NCBI GenBank assembly: GCA_963792965.1
Contig: CAWBYW010000007.1
Location: 64,001-128,000, forward strand
Reading direction: 5' to 3'
From: an uncultured delta proteobacterium
GTDB taxonomy: Bacteria > Desulfobacterota > Zymogenia > Zymogenales > Zymogenaceae
Length of the DNA: 64,000 nucleotides
In this document: positions 10,192 to 20,561 of the stretch, one piece after another
Layout of the letters: the number at the start of each line of letters is the position of its first letter
Numbering within the stretch: position 1 is the stretch's first letter
Made by a program: the position numbers and the translations under genes
The notes under the pieces: model-generated
Told to the model about the DNA's origin: nothing
Database searches by the model: none
What the model saw: only the letters and a program-made list of their open reading frames with translations

Positions 10192-12645
10192 TCAATCCGA
10201 TCCCTCAAGCTTCAAATCGGTTTCCTTACCGCTTGCCGTCTCTATGGTGGCTCGCGTCCCGTCGGTCACGATGGTCACCGCTCCGTCGAGGTCCGTTCTA
10301 TAAACGCGTGTGCCGGTAGATTTGAAACGCTCCAATACGCTCTTCTCCGGGAATCCGAAAGGATTCTCGAACCCGCATGAGACTACCACCGCCCCGGGCC
10401 CGACAGCTTTCAGAAAGTCGAGGGAATTTGCGCCCGACGAGCCGTGGTGCGGGGCCTTCAGGATTGTCGCCGAGAGCCTTTCCCCTCGCGCGATGAGCCG
10501 CTCACTGCCGCGCTCTTCGATGTCTCCGGTCAGAAGGATCGAGAACAGCCCATAGGAAAGCCTGAAGACGAGCGATCGGTCGTTCTGATCGGTCGGCGCT
10601 CCTCGGATCCCGCGCGGAGGGTTGAGGAAGTGGAGCGACACACCCCCGACTTCCCGGTCGGCTGTTTTCGCGTCGAGGATGACGACCGGTACACCGTGCG
10701 CGGCCGCCGATGAAAGGAGCACGGAGATCTCGCCCGACCGCTCGGCTCCCCTCGGGATCCAGAGCCGACCGACGTGAAAATTTTCCATAATGTACGGCAA
10801 ACCGCCGGCATGGTCCATCTCGGGATGGGACAGGATAAGATAATCGACGCGCCGGATTCGCTCGTGGAGGAGATAGGGCGCCACGACGCTCCGGCCGGTG
10901 TCGAAGTCGCCGCCGAAAACGCCTCCTCCATCTATCAGCATTGTTTCGCCGTCGGGCAGCTGAATCAGGGCTGAGTCTCCGTTGCCGACCGAAAGACACG
11001 TTATCGAAAGATCGCCGGGTCGGCATCGGTGCCACGTCCATGCCGCCGCGTCCACGAGGAAGACGACAAGGACCGCCACGATGATGGGTTTTGCCCACCG
11101 TTTCCCTTTGACGGCGAGGTATAACGACGCCACGAGTCCGTAATAGAGCGCGATTTCAAACAAGGTGGGTGGAACGATGATAAAGCCCGTCGGGAACAGA
11201 CCGTCGGTCCACAACACGGCCGTATCGGCCAGGGACGCCGTCCACGCGGCGATAAGATTCAGGAAATATGAAACGTCGGGAACGGTGAAGATAAACGGGA
11301 CCGAGGAGAGCGAGAGCGCCGTGGCGGCAGGTCCCAGGAGCGGCACAACGATGAAGTTCAGGGGGAGCGCGAAAGGGGAAACCCGGAAAAAGTAGTACGC
11401 CGCAACGGGGAAAATCCCGATCATCGCGGCAACGGAGACGGCGGTAAACTGGGCGAAATGGTAGAGCGCACGGGTAAAGAGGCCGGGCCGCACCCCTTCG
11501 ACGGGAAACATCCTCCGACGAAACGGATCGACCATCGGCGGATAGAGGATGATGATCGACAGGACGGCGATAAACGAGAGGACAAAGGAGGGATCGAAAA
11601 GCGAGGCCGGGAGGGCGATCAGGATGACGAGGGCCGCAAAGACCAGGGTATTGATGAGCTGTTGTTCCTTTTCGGCCAGGATCGACAGCACGAAGACGGC
11701 GATCATGAGCGTCGCGCGCAGCACTGTGATCTCCAGTCCGGCAAGAAGGGTATATGCCACGACGGGGATAAACGACAACAGCGCGGCCGATTTCCGCACC
11801 GAGTGCCTGAGGGCAAATCGACCGCAGCGCACGAGCATCCACCAGGCGCAGAAATAGCCGAAGAAGAAGACGATTCCTACGTTGGACCCTGATATAGCAA
11901 GGACATGCCCCACCCCGGTCCGGTAGTATGCGGAAAGGAGATCCTCGGGGATATCACCCCGCTCCCCGAGGACAAGCGCTTTGAGAATGGCCCCCTCAGG
12001 GGTGGGAAAGTTCGTATCGTAGAAGAGGCGGGTGCCGTCCCGGACACGCGCAACAAGGCCGAGAGGGGAAAGGCGGGTATTTTTCGAGATCACGAGCCGG
12101 TTATGATCCTCTACGAAAGAGGTGACCGATATTCCTTTCCCCTTGAGATAGAATTCGTAATCGAACCCGCCGGGGTTGTTGAAGTTATGGGGCCGTTTGA
12201 TTCTTCCGGTGAAAATGACGGCGTCTCCGAGCGAGACCCCGGGCATCTTCTCACCGACGGTCAATGCGAGCCTCCCGTCGACGGGCCGCCACCGGGCCCC
12301 ATTCTTTACCTTCATATCGGAGAGGACGAGGCGAGTGGCGTCCGGCTCCGTCTCGGGCGCGGCCGCCACGATACCCGATATCACCAGCTTCTTTTTACCG
12401 GCATAGCTCGTGACCGCATCGGGGGTCTCTTCGGTGTTTATTCTCAGGTTGATGAGGATAAGGCCGATCGAGAAGAAGAGCAGGACCACGCACGATATAA
12501 AAAGGCGAGGGCGCCTGGTAACACACGATAGAACCAGGAAAGCCCCCGCCGCAGAGAGGGAAATCGTGAGAGGGATTGATACGAGAGCCCCCAACCCGAT
12601 CCCGGCCATAAGAGCCAGGGTCATGATGGGGAGGGGGTGCTTCAT
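10192..12645 (-). CDS. comEC: DNA internalisation competence protein ComEC/Rec2
   Basis: NPGGFDY, GVGHVLAISGSNV, metallo-beta-lactamase domain SHPEMDHAGG and KAPHHGS. Confidence 0.95.
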   Translation of the reverse strand: MKHPLPIMTLALMAGIGLGALVSIPLTISLSAAGAFLVLSCVTRRPRLFISCVVLLFFSIGLILINLRINTEETPDAVTSYAGKKKLVISGIVAAAPETEPDATRLVLSDMKVKNGARWRPVDGRLALTVGEKMPGVSLGDAVIFTGRIKRPHNFNNPGGFDYEFYLKGKGISVTSFVEDHNRLVISKNTRLSPLGLVARVRDGTRLFYDTNFPTPEGAILKALVLGERGDIPEDLLSAYYRTGVGHVLAISGSNVGIVFFFGYFCAWWMLVRCGRFALRHSVRKSAALLSFIPVVAYTLLAGLEITVLRATLMIAVFVLSILAEKEQQLINTLVFAALVILIALPASLFDPSFVLSFIAVLSIIILYPPMVDPFRRRMFPVEGVRPGLFTRALYHFAQFTAVSVAAMIGIFPVAAYYFFRVSPFALPLNFIVVPLLGPAATALSLSSVPFIFTVPDVSYFLNLIAAWTASLADTAVLWTDGLFPTGFIIVPPTLFEIALYYGLVASLYLAVKGKRWAKPIIVAVLVVFLVDAAAWTWHRCRPGDLSITCLSVGNGDSALIQLPDGETMLIDGGGVFGGDFDTGRSVVAPYLLHERIRRVDYLILSHPEMDHAGGLPYIMENFHVGRLWIPRGAERSGEISVLLSSAAAHGVPVVILDAKTADREVGGVSLHFLNPPRGIRGAPTDQNDRSLVFRLSYGLFSILLTGDIEERGSERLIARGERLSATILKAPHHGSSGANSLDFLKAVGPGAVVVSCGFENPFGFPEKSVLERFKSTGTRVYRTDLDGAVTIVTDGTRATIETASGKETDLKLEGSD

Positions 12646-12650
12646 TTCAT

Positions 12651-14543
12651 TTAGGCGTGATTGACCGAGATCACCTCATCCACCGCGTATCGCTTGATTT
12701 TCCTTGTAGAAGTCTTGGGGAACTCCTCGTCACGGATCATGAACTCCTTTACCCGCTTATAGTCGGCGAGGTTCGCGGAATACTTCTTGATCTCCGACCG
12801 GATGAGGTTATAGACGTCCTTTTTCGTCAGCTCCTTGATGTTGTTCTGCTTCGCATAGGCATCCAACGCATCCTGATTGAGATAGACGACCGCCCTGACC
12901 TCCTCGTCGGTCGTGCCCGCCTTGTGGGCGTAGATCATGGCCTCTTCGATGTATGGGCTCTTGACGAGTTCCGTCTCCACTTCCTCGGGGTAGATGTTCT
13001 TGCCGTTGCCGGTGACGATGAGGTTCTTCATTCTTCCCATGACGAAGAGAAAATCGTCCTTGTCCACGTAGCCGAGGTCGCCCGAGTGGTACCAGCCGTC
13101 GGTGAGGGCCTCTTTCGTGGCCGTGGGACTATTATAGTAGCCCTTCATGACGTTGGGGCCTTTGATCCAGATCTCACCGACGCCGTCTTCGTTGGCGTTA
13201 TCGATCTTGACCTGAACGTTGGGCATCACCTTGCCGACGGATCCGAGGCGGTCTCCGCCGACCTTGCTGTTAACCGCGACCAGCGGCGCAGTTTCGGTGA
13301 TCCCGTATCCGTTGTAGATGTTGAGGCCGAGACTTCGAAGCCCTTTCTGCAGCGCGGGGTCGAAAGAAGCCCCTCCGGAGATGAAGGTGATGTTGCCGCC
13401 AAGCTCCTTTTTAATCTTCTTGGCGACGATGCCCCGGGTGACGGGATTGCTGTTCATAATGCGGCCGGCGATGCTTGCTCTGATCTTCTGGGTCATCCGG
13501 GTGTAGAGGGCCTGGAAAAGGACCGGGACGCCGAGGAAAAAGTTGGGCTTGATCTCGTTGAGATTTTGCGCCACCTTGAGAAGCGATTCGGCAAAGGCGA
13601 CGGTTCCGCCGAGGTAGAGGGGTGCCAGTACCCCGCAGGTCGACTCATACACGTGGTTGATCGGGAGCACCGACAGGACGCGGATGTTATCGTCCAATTG
13701 CATGAGGTGCTGCACGCCCATAAAGTTCGTCACGAGATTCTTATTGGTGAGCATGACGCCCTTGGATTTCCCGGTCGTTCCCGAGGTATAGAGAACCGCG
13801 ATCGTGTCCTCATAACCCATCTTCCTTTCGACGAATTCTTTGTTGCCGAACAGCTCATCGAAATAGACGATATCGGGGGTCTTCCCCGTCGCCGAGGATA
13901 TACCGCGTGAGAACTCGAGGAACTGGTTTTGCTTCTCGATGATGAGGCTGTCTTTTTTTACCTTGAGGGTCTTGACCTTTTCCTCGAGGCCGAGCCAGAG
14001 CTTTTCGATCTGTTTAATCTCGAATTCGTGTTCCTTCTTGATTTTATGAACGAGGGAGAGCCACGCCTTCTCGATGTTTCGCATTTCGGCTTTGAGCTCT
14101 TTGGGCATGGAGACTTCCCGCGGCGCGTCGGTGATCAACACGATTTTCTTGAGGTCCGGCAGAGATTCGCAGATCTCCTCAACCTTGCCGAGGTATTCCT
14201 TGGTGACGATGATGAACTTCGATCCGCTGTCGGTAAGGATATGGCGGATCTCCTGCGCCTTCAGTTCCTTATCGACGGGAACGACGATCCCCTTGTTGGT
14301 GACGATCGCAAAGTAGGATATCACCCATTCAGGGCAGTTGTGGGTCAGGAGGGCGACCCTGTCACCCTCGTCCATCCCCATCTTGATGAGGCTCGTGCCC
14401 AAGTCCTTTACCATGACAAGGAGGTCCTTGTACTTGACGGATACCCATTGGTTGGACACTTTTTTCAAAAGGGCGTCTTTTTCGGGGAATCGTTTAGCGG
14501 AGTTTTCCAAGATGTCTTTCAAGGTGAGTGTGGTGCTATTCAT
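12651..14543 (-). CDS. Long-chain fatty acid--CoA ligase (AMP-binding) with a helical insertion
   Basis: YTSGTTGKSKGV, GYGITET, SGDLG, GRMKNLIVTGNGKNIYPEEVE, PKTSTRKIKR. Confidence 0.92.
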   Translation of the reverse strand: MNSTTLTLKDILENSAKRFPEKDALLKKVSNQWVSVKYKDLLVMVKDLGTSLIKMGMDEGDRVALLTHNCPEWVISYFAIVTNKGIVVPVDKELKAQEIRHILTDSGSKFIIVTKEYLGKVEEICESLPDLKKIVLITDAPREVSMPKELKAEMRNIEKAWLSLVHKIKKEHEFEIKQIEKLWLGLEEKVKTLKVKKDSLIIEKQNQFLEFSRGISSATGKTPDIVYFDELFGNKEFVERKMGYEDTIAVLYTSGTTGKSKGVMLTNKNLVTNFMGVQHLMQLDDNIRVLSVLPINHVYESTCGVLAPLYLGGTVAFAESLLKVAQNLNEIKPNFFLGVPVLFQALYTRMTQKIRASIAGRIMNSNPVTRGIVAKKIKKELGGNITFISGGASFDPALQKGLRSLGLNIYNGYGITETAPLVAVNSKVGGDRLGSVGKVMPNVQVKIDNANEDGVGEIWIKGPNVMKGYYNSPTATKEALTDGWYHSGDLGYVDKDDFLFVMGRMKNLIVTGNGKNIYPEEVETELVKSPYIEEAMIYAHKAGTTDEEVRAVVYLNQDALDAYAKQNNIKELTKKDVYNLIRSEIKKYSANLADYKRVKEFMIRDEEFPKTSTRKIKRYAVDEVISVNHA

Positions 14544-14648
14544 CTATGGAGTCCTCTAAAAAATGTATGGTTTATTGAATGGAAAGATGATAGATCAATT
14601 TTCCTCATAAATCAATACCAAAATCGTGAAAAGAAAGGTAAATTTGGA

Positions 14649-16484
14649 CTATCGGTCGGGATGAGGATTAAAATAGTCCCGAATGGATCGGGCGACGGAC
14701 TCGGTAATGCCGGGGACCCCGGTGAGCTCTTCAATCGAGGCGTCTTTGATATCGGCCACGCGGGAAAAGTGAACAAGCAGGGCGCGCTTCCGCTTCTGGC
14801 CGATGCCCGGTATCTCGTCGAGTGCCGATGCCACGCCGCGCTTCTGGCGCAGTTTTTTATGGTACTCAATGGCAAATCGGTGGGCCTCGTCGCGCAGCCG
14901 CATCAAGAGGAAAAGGGCGGATGAATTCCCCTTGGCGACCAGCGGGTTTTTTCTTCCGACCAGATAGACCTTGTCGAGCTCGGCCTTGTCCTCCCGCTCT
15001 TTGGCGATGGAGATAACGGGGATGTCCGTGACGTCGAGGTCTTTCAGCACCGAATGGGCGATGCTGAGGTGGCCCTTTCCCCCGTCGATGACGATCAGAT
15101 CCGGGTGGTTTTCCGGGGAGAGCCTCTTTATCCTCCGCCTCAATACCTCCTCCATCATCGCGTAGTCGTCAATACCCGCGACCCCTTTAATTCGAAAACG
15201 ACGGTATTCCTTCTTGTCGGGCTCTCCCTCGGAGAAGACGACCATCGACCCGACGGCATTCGTGCCGGAGATGGTGGAGATGTCATAACACTCCATCCTC
15301 TTCGGAGGAGAGGTAAGCCCCAGCCGTTGTGCGAGGACCAACAGCGATTGTTCCCGGCTCTCCTTTGACTGCTTGTAGGTCATGTACGAGCTTTCAGCGT
15401 TCTTGTTTGCCATGCCGACGAGGTCCCTGAGGATCCCCCGCTTGGGAACACGCAGCTCGACGGGGGCGACACTCCCGAGCCATTGATGGACGAGCTCGGG
15501 CTCCGGTATCTCGGTCGGCAGGAGTATCTGGGGCGGCACGTAGTCCTTGGCGTGGTAGAACTGCTCGATGAAACTCTGGATCGCCTCGCCATCCTCGGAA
15601 AGGACGCTCGTGAAGAGCCCGTAGCGGCTCCCCGTGAGGCGTCCGCTCCGCACGAAGAGGACCGATATCCCGAGGCTGGTCCCCTCGCGATAAATGCCGA
15701 CGACGTCCCGGTCCGTCGTGTCATTCGATACGACCTTTTGGACCGACACCATCTTCCTGATAGCCGCGATGCGGTCACGGATGAGCGCCGCCTCCTCATA
15801 GCGCATGTCTTCCGAGAGGAACGCCATCAGGTCGGTCAGGTTATTGACGAGCTCTTCATCCTTCCCCTTGAGAAAGAGGATGGTCTGTTCGATATTCTTC
15901 TTATACTCTTCCTGAGATATCTTGTTCACACACGGCCCCGTGCACTGGTCGATCTCATAATAAATACAGGGGCGGGTCCGGTTCTTGAACTTGAAATCGG
16001 TACACTGCCTGATCCGAAAAGTGGAGGAAAGCCACTTGAAGCTCTTCCTCACGGCCTTTGCGTCGGTGTAAGGTCCAAAGTAGAGGGCGCCGTCGCGCTT
16101 CATTGACCTCACGAGGGTAAATCGGGGAAATTCCTCCCTTGGGTCGATCCGCAAGCTGAGGTAGTTCTTATCGTCTTTGAGGGTGACGTTGTATTTCGGT
16201 CGGTGTTCCTTGATGAGGGTCGCTTCGGTGAGGAGCGCTTCCACCTCGGTGTCAGTCACGATGATATCGAAGTCGGCGATCTGGCCGGTCAACTGCCGTG
16301 TCTTCGGGTCTTTGGGGGCGTCGCGAAAATAGTAGAGTACCCTCTTCTTGAGGTCGCGCGCCTTACCGACATAGATCACCTTAGAGGCCCGGTTCTTCAT
16401 GATGTAGACGCCCGGCGCGTTGGGGAGGCTGTCGAGTTTCATCCCCAGCGGGCCCGCGTCCATTCTTTGGCTCGTTTCAATCAT
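14649..16484 (-). CDS. uvrC: Excinuclease ABC subunit C
   Basis: PGVYIM...YVGKA (GIY-YIG), ECYDIS, IDGGKGH, LRDEAHRFA, HhH tail. Confidence 0.97.
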   Translation of the reverse strand: MIETSQRMDAGPLGMKLDSLPNAPGVYIMKNRASKVIYVGKARDLKKRVLYYFRDAPKDPKTRQLTGQIADFDIIVTDTEVEALLTEATLIKEHRPKYNVTLKDDKNYLSLRIDPREEFPRFTLVRSMKRDGALYFGPYTDAKAVRKSFKWLSSTFRIRQCTDFKFKNRTRPCIYYEIDQCTGPCVNKISQEEYKKNIEQTILFLKGKDEELVNNLTDLMAFLSEDMRYEEAALIRDRIAAIRKMVSVQKVVSNDTTDRDVVGIYREGTSLGISVLFVRSGRLTGSRYGLFTSVLSEDGEAIQSFIEQFYHAKDYVPPQILLPTEIPEPELVHQWLGSVAPVELRVPKRGILRDLVGMANKNAESSYMTYKQSKESREQSLLVLAQRLGLTSPPKRMECYDISTISGTNAVGSMVVFSEGEPDKKEYRRFRIKGVAGIDDYAMMEEVLRRRIKRLSPENHPDLIVIDGGKGHLSIAHSVLKDLDVTDIPVISIAKEREDKAELDKVYLVGRKNPLVAKGNSSALFLLMRLRDEAHRFAIEYHKKLRQKRGVASALDEIPGIGQKRKRALLVHFSRVADIKDASIEELTGVPGITESVARSIRDYFNPHPDR

Positions 16485-16499
16485 ATGACACCCGCTATT

Positions 16500-16528
16500 A
16501 TTATACGCTCCTGGAGGAGAAGAATCAA
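16500..16528 (-). promoter_or_regulatory. Sigma70-type promoter for uvrC
   Basis: Minus strand TTGATT-N17-TATAAT. Confidence 0.7.
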
Positions 16529-16646
16529 ATCGGATGATAGGTGCCGGAAGAGCCGGAATGACGGTTTATTTTTTTCACAATGAGCTTGAAAAATATGAAA
16601 ATATGGTATACTCGTGTCGTCTGAGGGGATGCTCGGAGGGTACGCC

Positions 16647-17489
16647 ATGATGCTCCAAAAGACGCTTATGCGATCGGCCGCGCGGCTTATTATGATTTGC
16701 GCATCCGTTTCGATCTGCCTGTTTTCCCTCTCATCGGCAGGCGAAGAAGGAATCGGGGTGACAAGAGTCGGCTTTGTCGAGGGTACCGCCTCCCTGAAAC
16801 ATAAGGGGACAGGATACTGGGTCAGGCTTTCCGAAGATCAGGTAGTCCGAGCCTGGGACGAGATCGGAACCGGCGGCGACGGATCGGTGGAGCTCTTGCT
16901 GCCGGACGAGAGCGTGGTCAAGGTCGGGCCGAATACCCATGTCCTGGTCAAGGAAGCCGGGATGGTGGAGGTAACGAAAAGGGCGACGAATATCTTCGAG
17001 CTTTTCGTCGGAGAGATCCGGGCGGTCGTGGCGCCCTTGGTCAATTCCGAGTCGGAGTTTACCATCGAGACGGAAAACGCGACCGTCGGGGTACGGGGAA
17101 CGGACTTCGGCGTCTCCCACGATCGGACGACAAAGGAGACCGACGTGCTGTGTAACGACGGAAACGTGGAGCTGAGGCCGAAGGAAGTGGTCATGAAGGG
17201 ACTGGGCCCCATCATCGTGAGGGGAGACGAGGGGATCAGGCTCGTCGCCGGCAGAAGGCCCGACAGGCCGGCAGTATGGGTCAGGGAGCGAAGGGAGCGA
17301 TTCTTCAGGGGACTGGACTTCAAGGGGAGACGCACGAGGGACATCATGGAGCGTCGCTTCAGGAGGCTTGAGTCGGGAGGCTTCAGGGTCATCGAACGGG
17401 TCAGGGAGGGAGACGATAAAGCGGAATCGGTCGGCGATAGGATCAGGTTTGGGACCGATCGGCTCATTAACAGGTTCAGGAGTCATTAG
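16647..17489 (+). CDS. Exported FecR-domain protein
   Basis: Signal peptide; DEIGTGGDGSVELLLPDES and TENATVGVRGTDF motifs; GGAGG RBS; upstream TG-n-TATACT at 16604-16612. Confidence 0.8.
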   Translation: MMLQKTLMRSAARLIMICASVSICLFSLSSAGEEGIGVTRVGFVEGTASLKHKGTGYWVRLSEDQVVRAWDEIGTGGDGSVELLLPDESVVKVGPNTHVLVKEAGMVEVTKRATNIFELFVGEIRAVVAPLVNSESEFTIETENATVGVRGTDFGVSHDRTTKETDVLCNDGNVELRPKEVVMKGLGPIIVRGDEGIRLVAGRRPDRPAVWVRERRERFFRGLDFKGRRTRDIMERRFRRLESGGFRVIERVREGDDKAESVGDRIRFGTDRLINRFRSH

Positions 17490-17552
17490 ATGCCGGTGCG
17501 CGGGCGGGCTACGGCCGCCTTTTGCTCCAGGGGGTCTCTCATGGGGTCTTAC

Positions 17553-19124
17553 ATGAATCAGAATCAACTCTCAGGCTCGCCCTTTGATCCTTCGTACGAC
17601 GTAATCGTTATCGGATCGGGCATGGGGGGGCTCTCGGCGGCGGCGAAGCTTGCAAAAGAGGGGGTAAAGGTGTTGCTCCTGGAGCAGCATAACCTGCCTG
17701 GAGGATTTGCCACATCATTTCGCCGCGGACGTTTCGAATTCGAGACCTCGCTCCATATTCTGACGGACTACGGTCCCGAGCAGAATAAGGGGTTCGTCCG
17801 AAAGCTCTTCGAGGACGAGCTCGAGCTCGGCCTTCCGATGGTGCGCGTCACCGAGGGATACCACCTCATCCTCACGGAAGAGGGGATCAATGTCGATGTC
17901 CCGTTTGATATGGACGGGTTTATCGATGTCGTGGCCGGCGAGGTCCCGGGGAGCCTGAAACCGCTCAAAGAATATATGAAACTCTGTCAGGAGATCGGGC
18001 GCGCCATCGACTACATCGCGGAGGCCGACGGCAAACCCGACCCGATGGTGCTCATGCGCGACCATAAGACGTTGCTCGCCACCGCGGGGTATACGGCCCA
18101 AAAGGTAACAGACTCGTTTCATCTTCCGAAGAAAGCCCTCTCGATACTCGGCGTCTTCTGGCCTTATATCGCGATCCCGTTTAACCGGATGTCTTTTACG
18201 ATCTGGGCGACCGCGATCAATTCCGTCCTCACCCGGGGCTGTTACGTCCCCACGATGACCTCGCATCAGATATCGACGGCCCTTGACCGCAAGATCAATG
18301 ACCTCGGCGGCCAGACGGAATACAATACCCGCGTCGAAAAGATCCTCGTCGAGGGCGGGAGGGTCGTCGGCGTGGAGACCTCGCGCGGCGAGCGGATAAG
18401 GACCGACTGGATTATATCCAACTCTTCGCCTAATAACGTCTACGGGCGGCTCATCCACCCTCAAGAGGAGGTGCCTCGGGGCGCACGGAAACTCACCTCC
18501 GCGCGGCGGCTCGGGATATCGCTCATGTGCGTATACCTCGGGCTCGATCGGCCCGCCCACGAGCTTAAACTGGACCACCACGAGTACTACTTCGCTCCCG
18601 ACATGGACATCCAGCGCGCCTACGACCTCGGTAACACGCTGGTACCCCATACCGACACCTCGGCCCTCTGCCCGAACAACGTGATCGCCGACGCGTCACC
18701 GCCGGGCACCTGTGAGCTGATCCTCAACCAATCCTACGGACCGGAGGTATGGGGAGAGGTGAAGGCCGAAGAGTACATTGATACGAAGCGACGTTTCGCC
18801 GAGGCCGCGATCGGTCGGGTCGCACAGGCGCTCGGCTCCGATCTCGCAGACCATATCGAGGAGATCGAGATCGCGGCGCCCCAGACGTTCTGCCGTTATA
18901 CCGGGTCCTTCAAGGGCGTCGTCTACGGATATGAGCAGGACGCGTGGGACTCGGTGATTGCCCGGGCGCTGTCTCTGCCGATGGAACAGTACGTTGACGG
19001 ACTCGAATTCGTTGGAGGACACGGGATGCTTGTCCAGGGATTTTCGGCGGCCATCAGCACGGGGAGACTGGCGGCGCTCTCGGTACTCGGCAAGATGAGG
19101 CAGCAGACAAAAAAGATCGGTTGA
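17553..19124 (+). CDS. Phytoene desaturase (CrtI)/retinol saturase family FAD-dependent oxidoreductase
   Basis: YDVIVIGSGMGGL, LEQHNLPGGFATSFRRGRFEFE, IAAPQTFCRYTG...GVVYG; start uncertain (17541 or 17553). Confidence 0.85.
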   Translation: MNQNQLSGSPFDPSYDVIVIGSGMGGLSAAAKLAKEGVKVLLLEQHNLPGGFATSFRRGRFEFETSLHILTDYGPEQNKGFVRKLFEDELELGLPMVRVTEGYHLILTEEGINVDVPFDMDGFIDVVAGEVPGSLKPLKEYMKLCQEIGRAIDYIAEADGKPDPMVLMRDHKTLLATAGYTAQKVTDSFHLPKKALSILGVFWPYIAIPFNRMSFTIWATAINSVLTRGCYVPTMTSHQISTALDRKINDLGGQTEYNTRVEKILVEGGRVVGVETSRGERIRTDWIISNSSPNNVYGRLIHPQEEVPRGARKLTSARRLGISLMCVYLGLDRPAHELKLDHHEYYFAPDMDIQRAYDLGNTLVPHTDTSALCPNNVIADASPPGTCELILNQSYGPEVWGEVKAEEYIDTKRRFAEAAIGRVAQALGSDLADHIEEIEIAAPQTFCRYTGSFKGVVYGYEQDAWDSVIARALSLPMEQYVDGLEFVGGHGMLVQGFSAAISTGRLAALSVLGKMRQQTKKIG

Positions 19125-19137
19125 GAGGGGAGCCTTC

Positions 19138-20364
19138 ATGAATACCTTTTCGTTTCTCTGGGGCATGACGAGGACCGCGGGCGTCCTGATAGAGCGGGCG
19201 ACGAGAAAAGCGACCGCAGCCACGCGGATGGACATGAGAGATCCTGTGCGGGAAACGGTCGCGGCGCTTCATCCGCCGCGCCTGTCCCTGATCATCGATG
19301 AGGTCATAGAGCAGAGCAATTCCGCCCGGACGTTTCGGCTGGTGGCCGCGCCGAGCTCGGACGTTTCAGTTCCCCTTTTCCGGGCGGGACAGTATCTTTC
19401 CATCAAGGCCGAGCTGAACGGGTCACGGATCAGCAGACCCTATTCGATTTCGTCGGCGCCCTTTGAGACAAAGGGAAAGAACGGCGGTCCGGGATATTAT
19501 GAGATTACGGTGAAGCGCCAAGAAGACGGTTTCCTGACGCCGTTTATCTGGGAGCGCTGGAAGAGGGGGTTTACGGTTGAGGCAACCGGCCCCCACGGGG
19601 AATTCTACCATGAGCCGATCAGGGACGGACGCGAGCTTGTCGCCATTGCCGGCGGATCGGGCATCACGCCCTTTCTCTCAATGGCGCGACAGATCGTTCA
19701 CGATAAGGACGATGTCCGTCTGACGGTGCTGTATGGGATACGAAAGCCGGCCGACGCGCTGTTTGCCGACGAGCTCGGGAGGCTTTCGGCGGCGCATCCG
19801 GATAGGCTCACGGTCTGTTACGTCGTGAGCGAGCCGGACGGGAGCGAGACCTGTGCGACGGGGTTCATCGACGCGGCGCTGATCGGAAGCGAGGTCGGGG
19901 ATGTCGCCGGAAAGACGTTCCTGGTCTGCGGTCCACAGGCGCTTCACGCGTTTTTCGCGGGAGAAAGCAAGAAGCTGAAGATTGCGCCTCGTCGCGTCAG
20001 ATGGGAGGCCTCGGGTGGAGGCAGGGAAGTCACGACCCATACGAATTTCCCCAAGACGGCGAGGGGAAAGACCTTCAATCTCACGGTTCATCTCGGGAAG
20101 GCTCACCTGACCGTTGGCGCGCGGGCAGACGAGCCGATCCTCGTGGCGCTGGAGCGCTCCGGCATTGCCGCCGATTCACGCTGCCGGTCCGGAAGCTGCG
20201 GAATCTGCCGATCCCTGCTCGTGTCGGGTGAGGTCTTCATCGATCCCGAGGCTGACGTGCGGCGCAGGGCCGACAGGGCGTTTGGATATATCCACGCGTG
20301 CTCCACTTATCCGGTAGGCGATTGCGAGATCAAAATACCGCTGTCCGAGGCCCTGGTGGGATGA
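19138..20364 (+). CDS. FNR-type FAD/NAD(P)-binding reductase with C-terminal 2Fe-2S ferredoxin (PaaE/Hcr architecture)
   Basis: FRAGQY, RPYSISS, AGGSGITPF, VCGP, CRSGSCGIC...HAC. Confidence 0.9.
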   Translation: MNTFSFLWGMTRTAGVLIERATRKATAATRMDMRDPVRETVAALHPPRLSLIIDEVIEQSNSARTFRLVAAPSSDVSVPLFRAGQYLSIKAELNGSRISRPYSISSAPFETKGKNGGPGYYEITVKRQEDGFLTPFIWERWKRGFTVEATGPHGEFYHEPIRDGRELVAIAGGSGITPFLSMARQIVHDKDDVRLTVLYGIRKPADALFADELGRLSAAHPDRLTVCYVVSEPDGSETCATGFIDAALIGSEVGDVAGKTFLVCGPQALHAFFAGESKKLKIAPRRVRWEASGGGREVTTHTNFPKTARGKTFNLTVHLGKAHLTVGARADEPILVALERSGIAADSRCRSGSCGICRSLLVSGEVFIDPEADVRRRADRAFGYIHACSTYPVGDCEIKIPLSEALVG

Positions 20365-20507
20365 GTTGGAGACGCTGAAAGTCAGTTTATCGAGGCATCA
20401 ACCCTGATGCCGGCGATGCATATCCAAGAGGCTTCAATAGCGTCATTCCGTTGCCGGGCTCCCCTTGTGAGTCGGTCGAGTTCCACTCCGTCATTACCGA
20501 CAAGGCC

Positions 20508-20536
20508 TTGACTTTTACCCTATTACTTGATAATAT
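20508..20536 (+). promoter_or_regulatory. Sigma70-type promoter for tatA
   Basis: TTGACT-N17-TAATAT upstream of an AGGAAGG RBS. Confidence 0.55.
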
Positions 20537-20561
20537 CTTAATCTGATAGGAAGGAAGAGAA

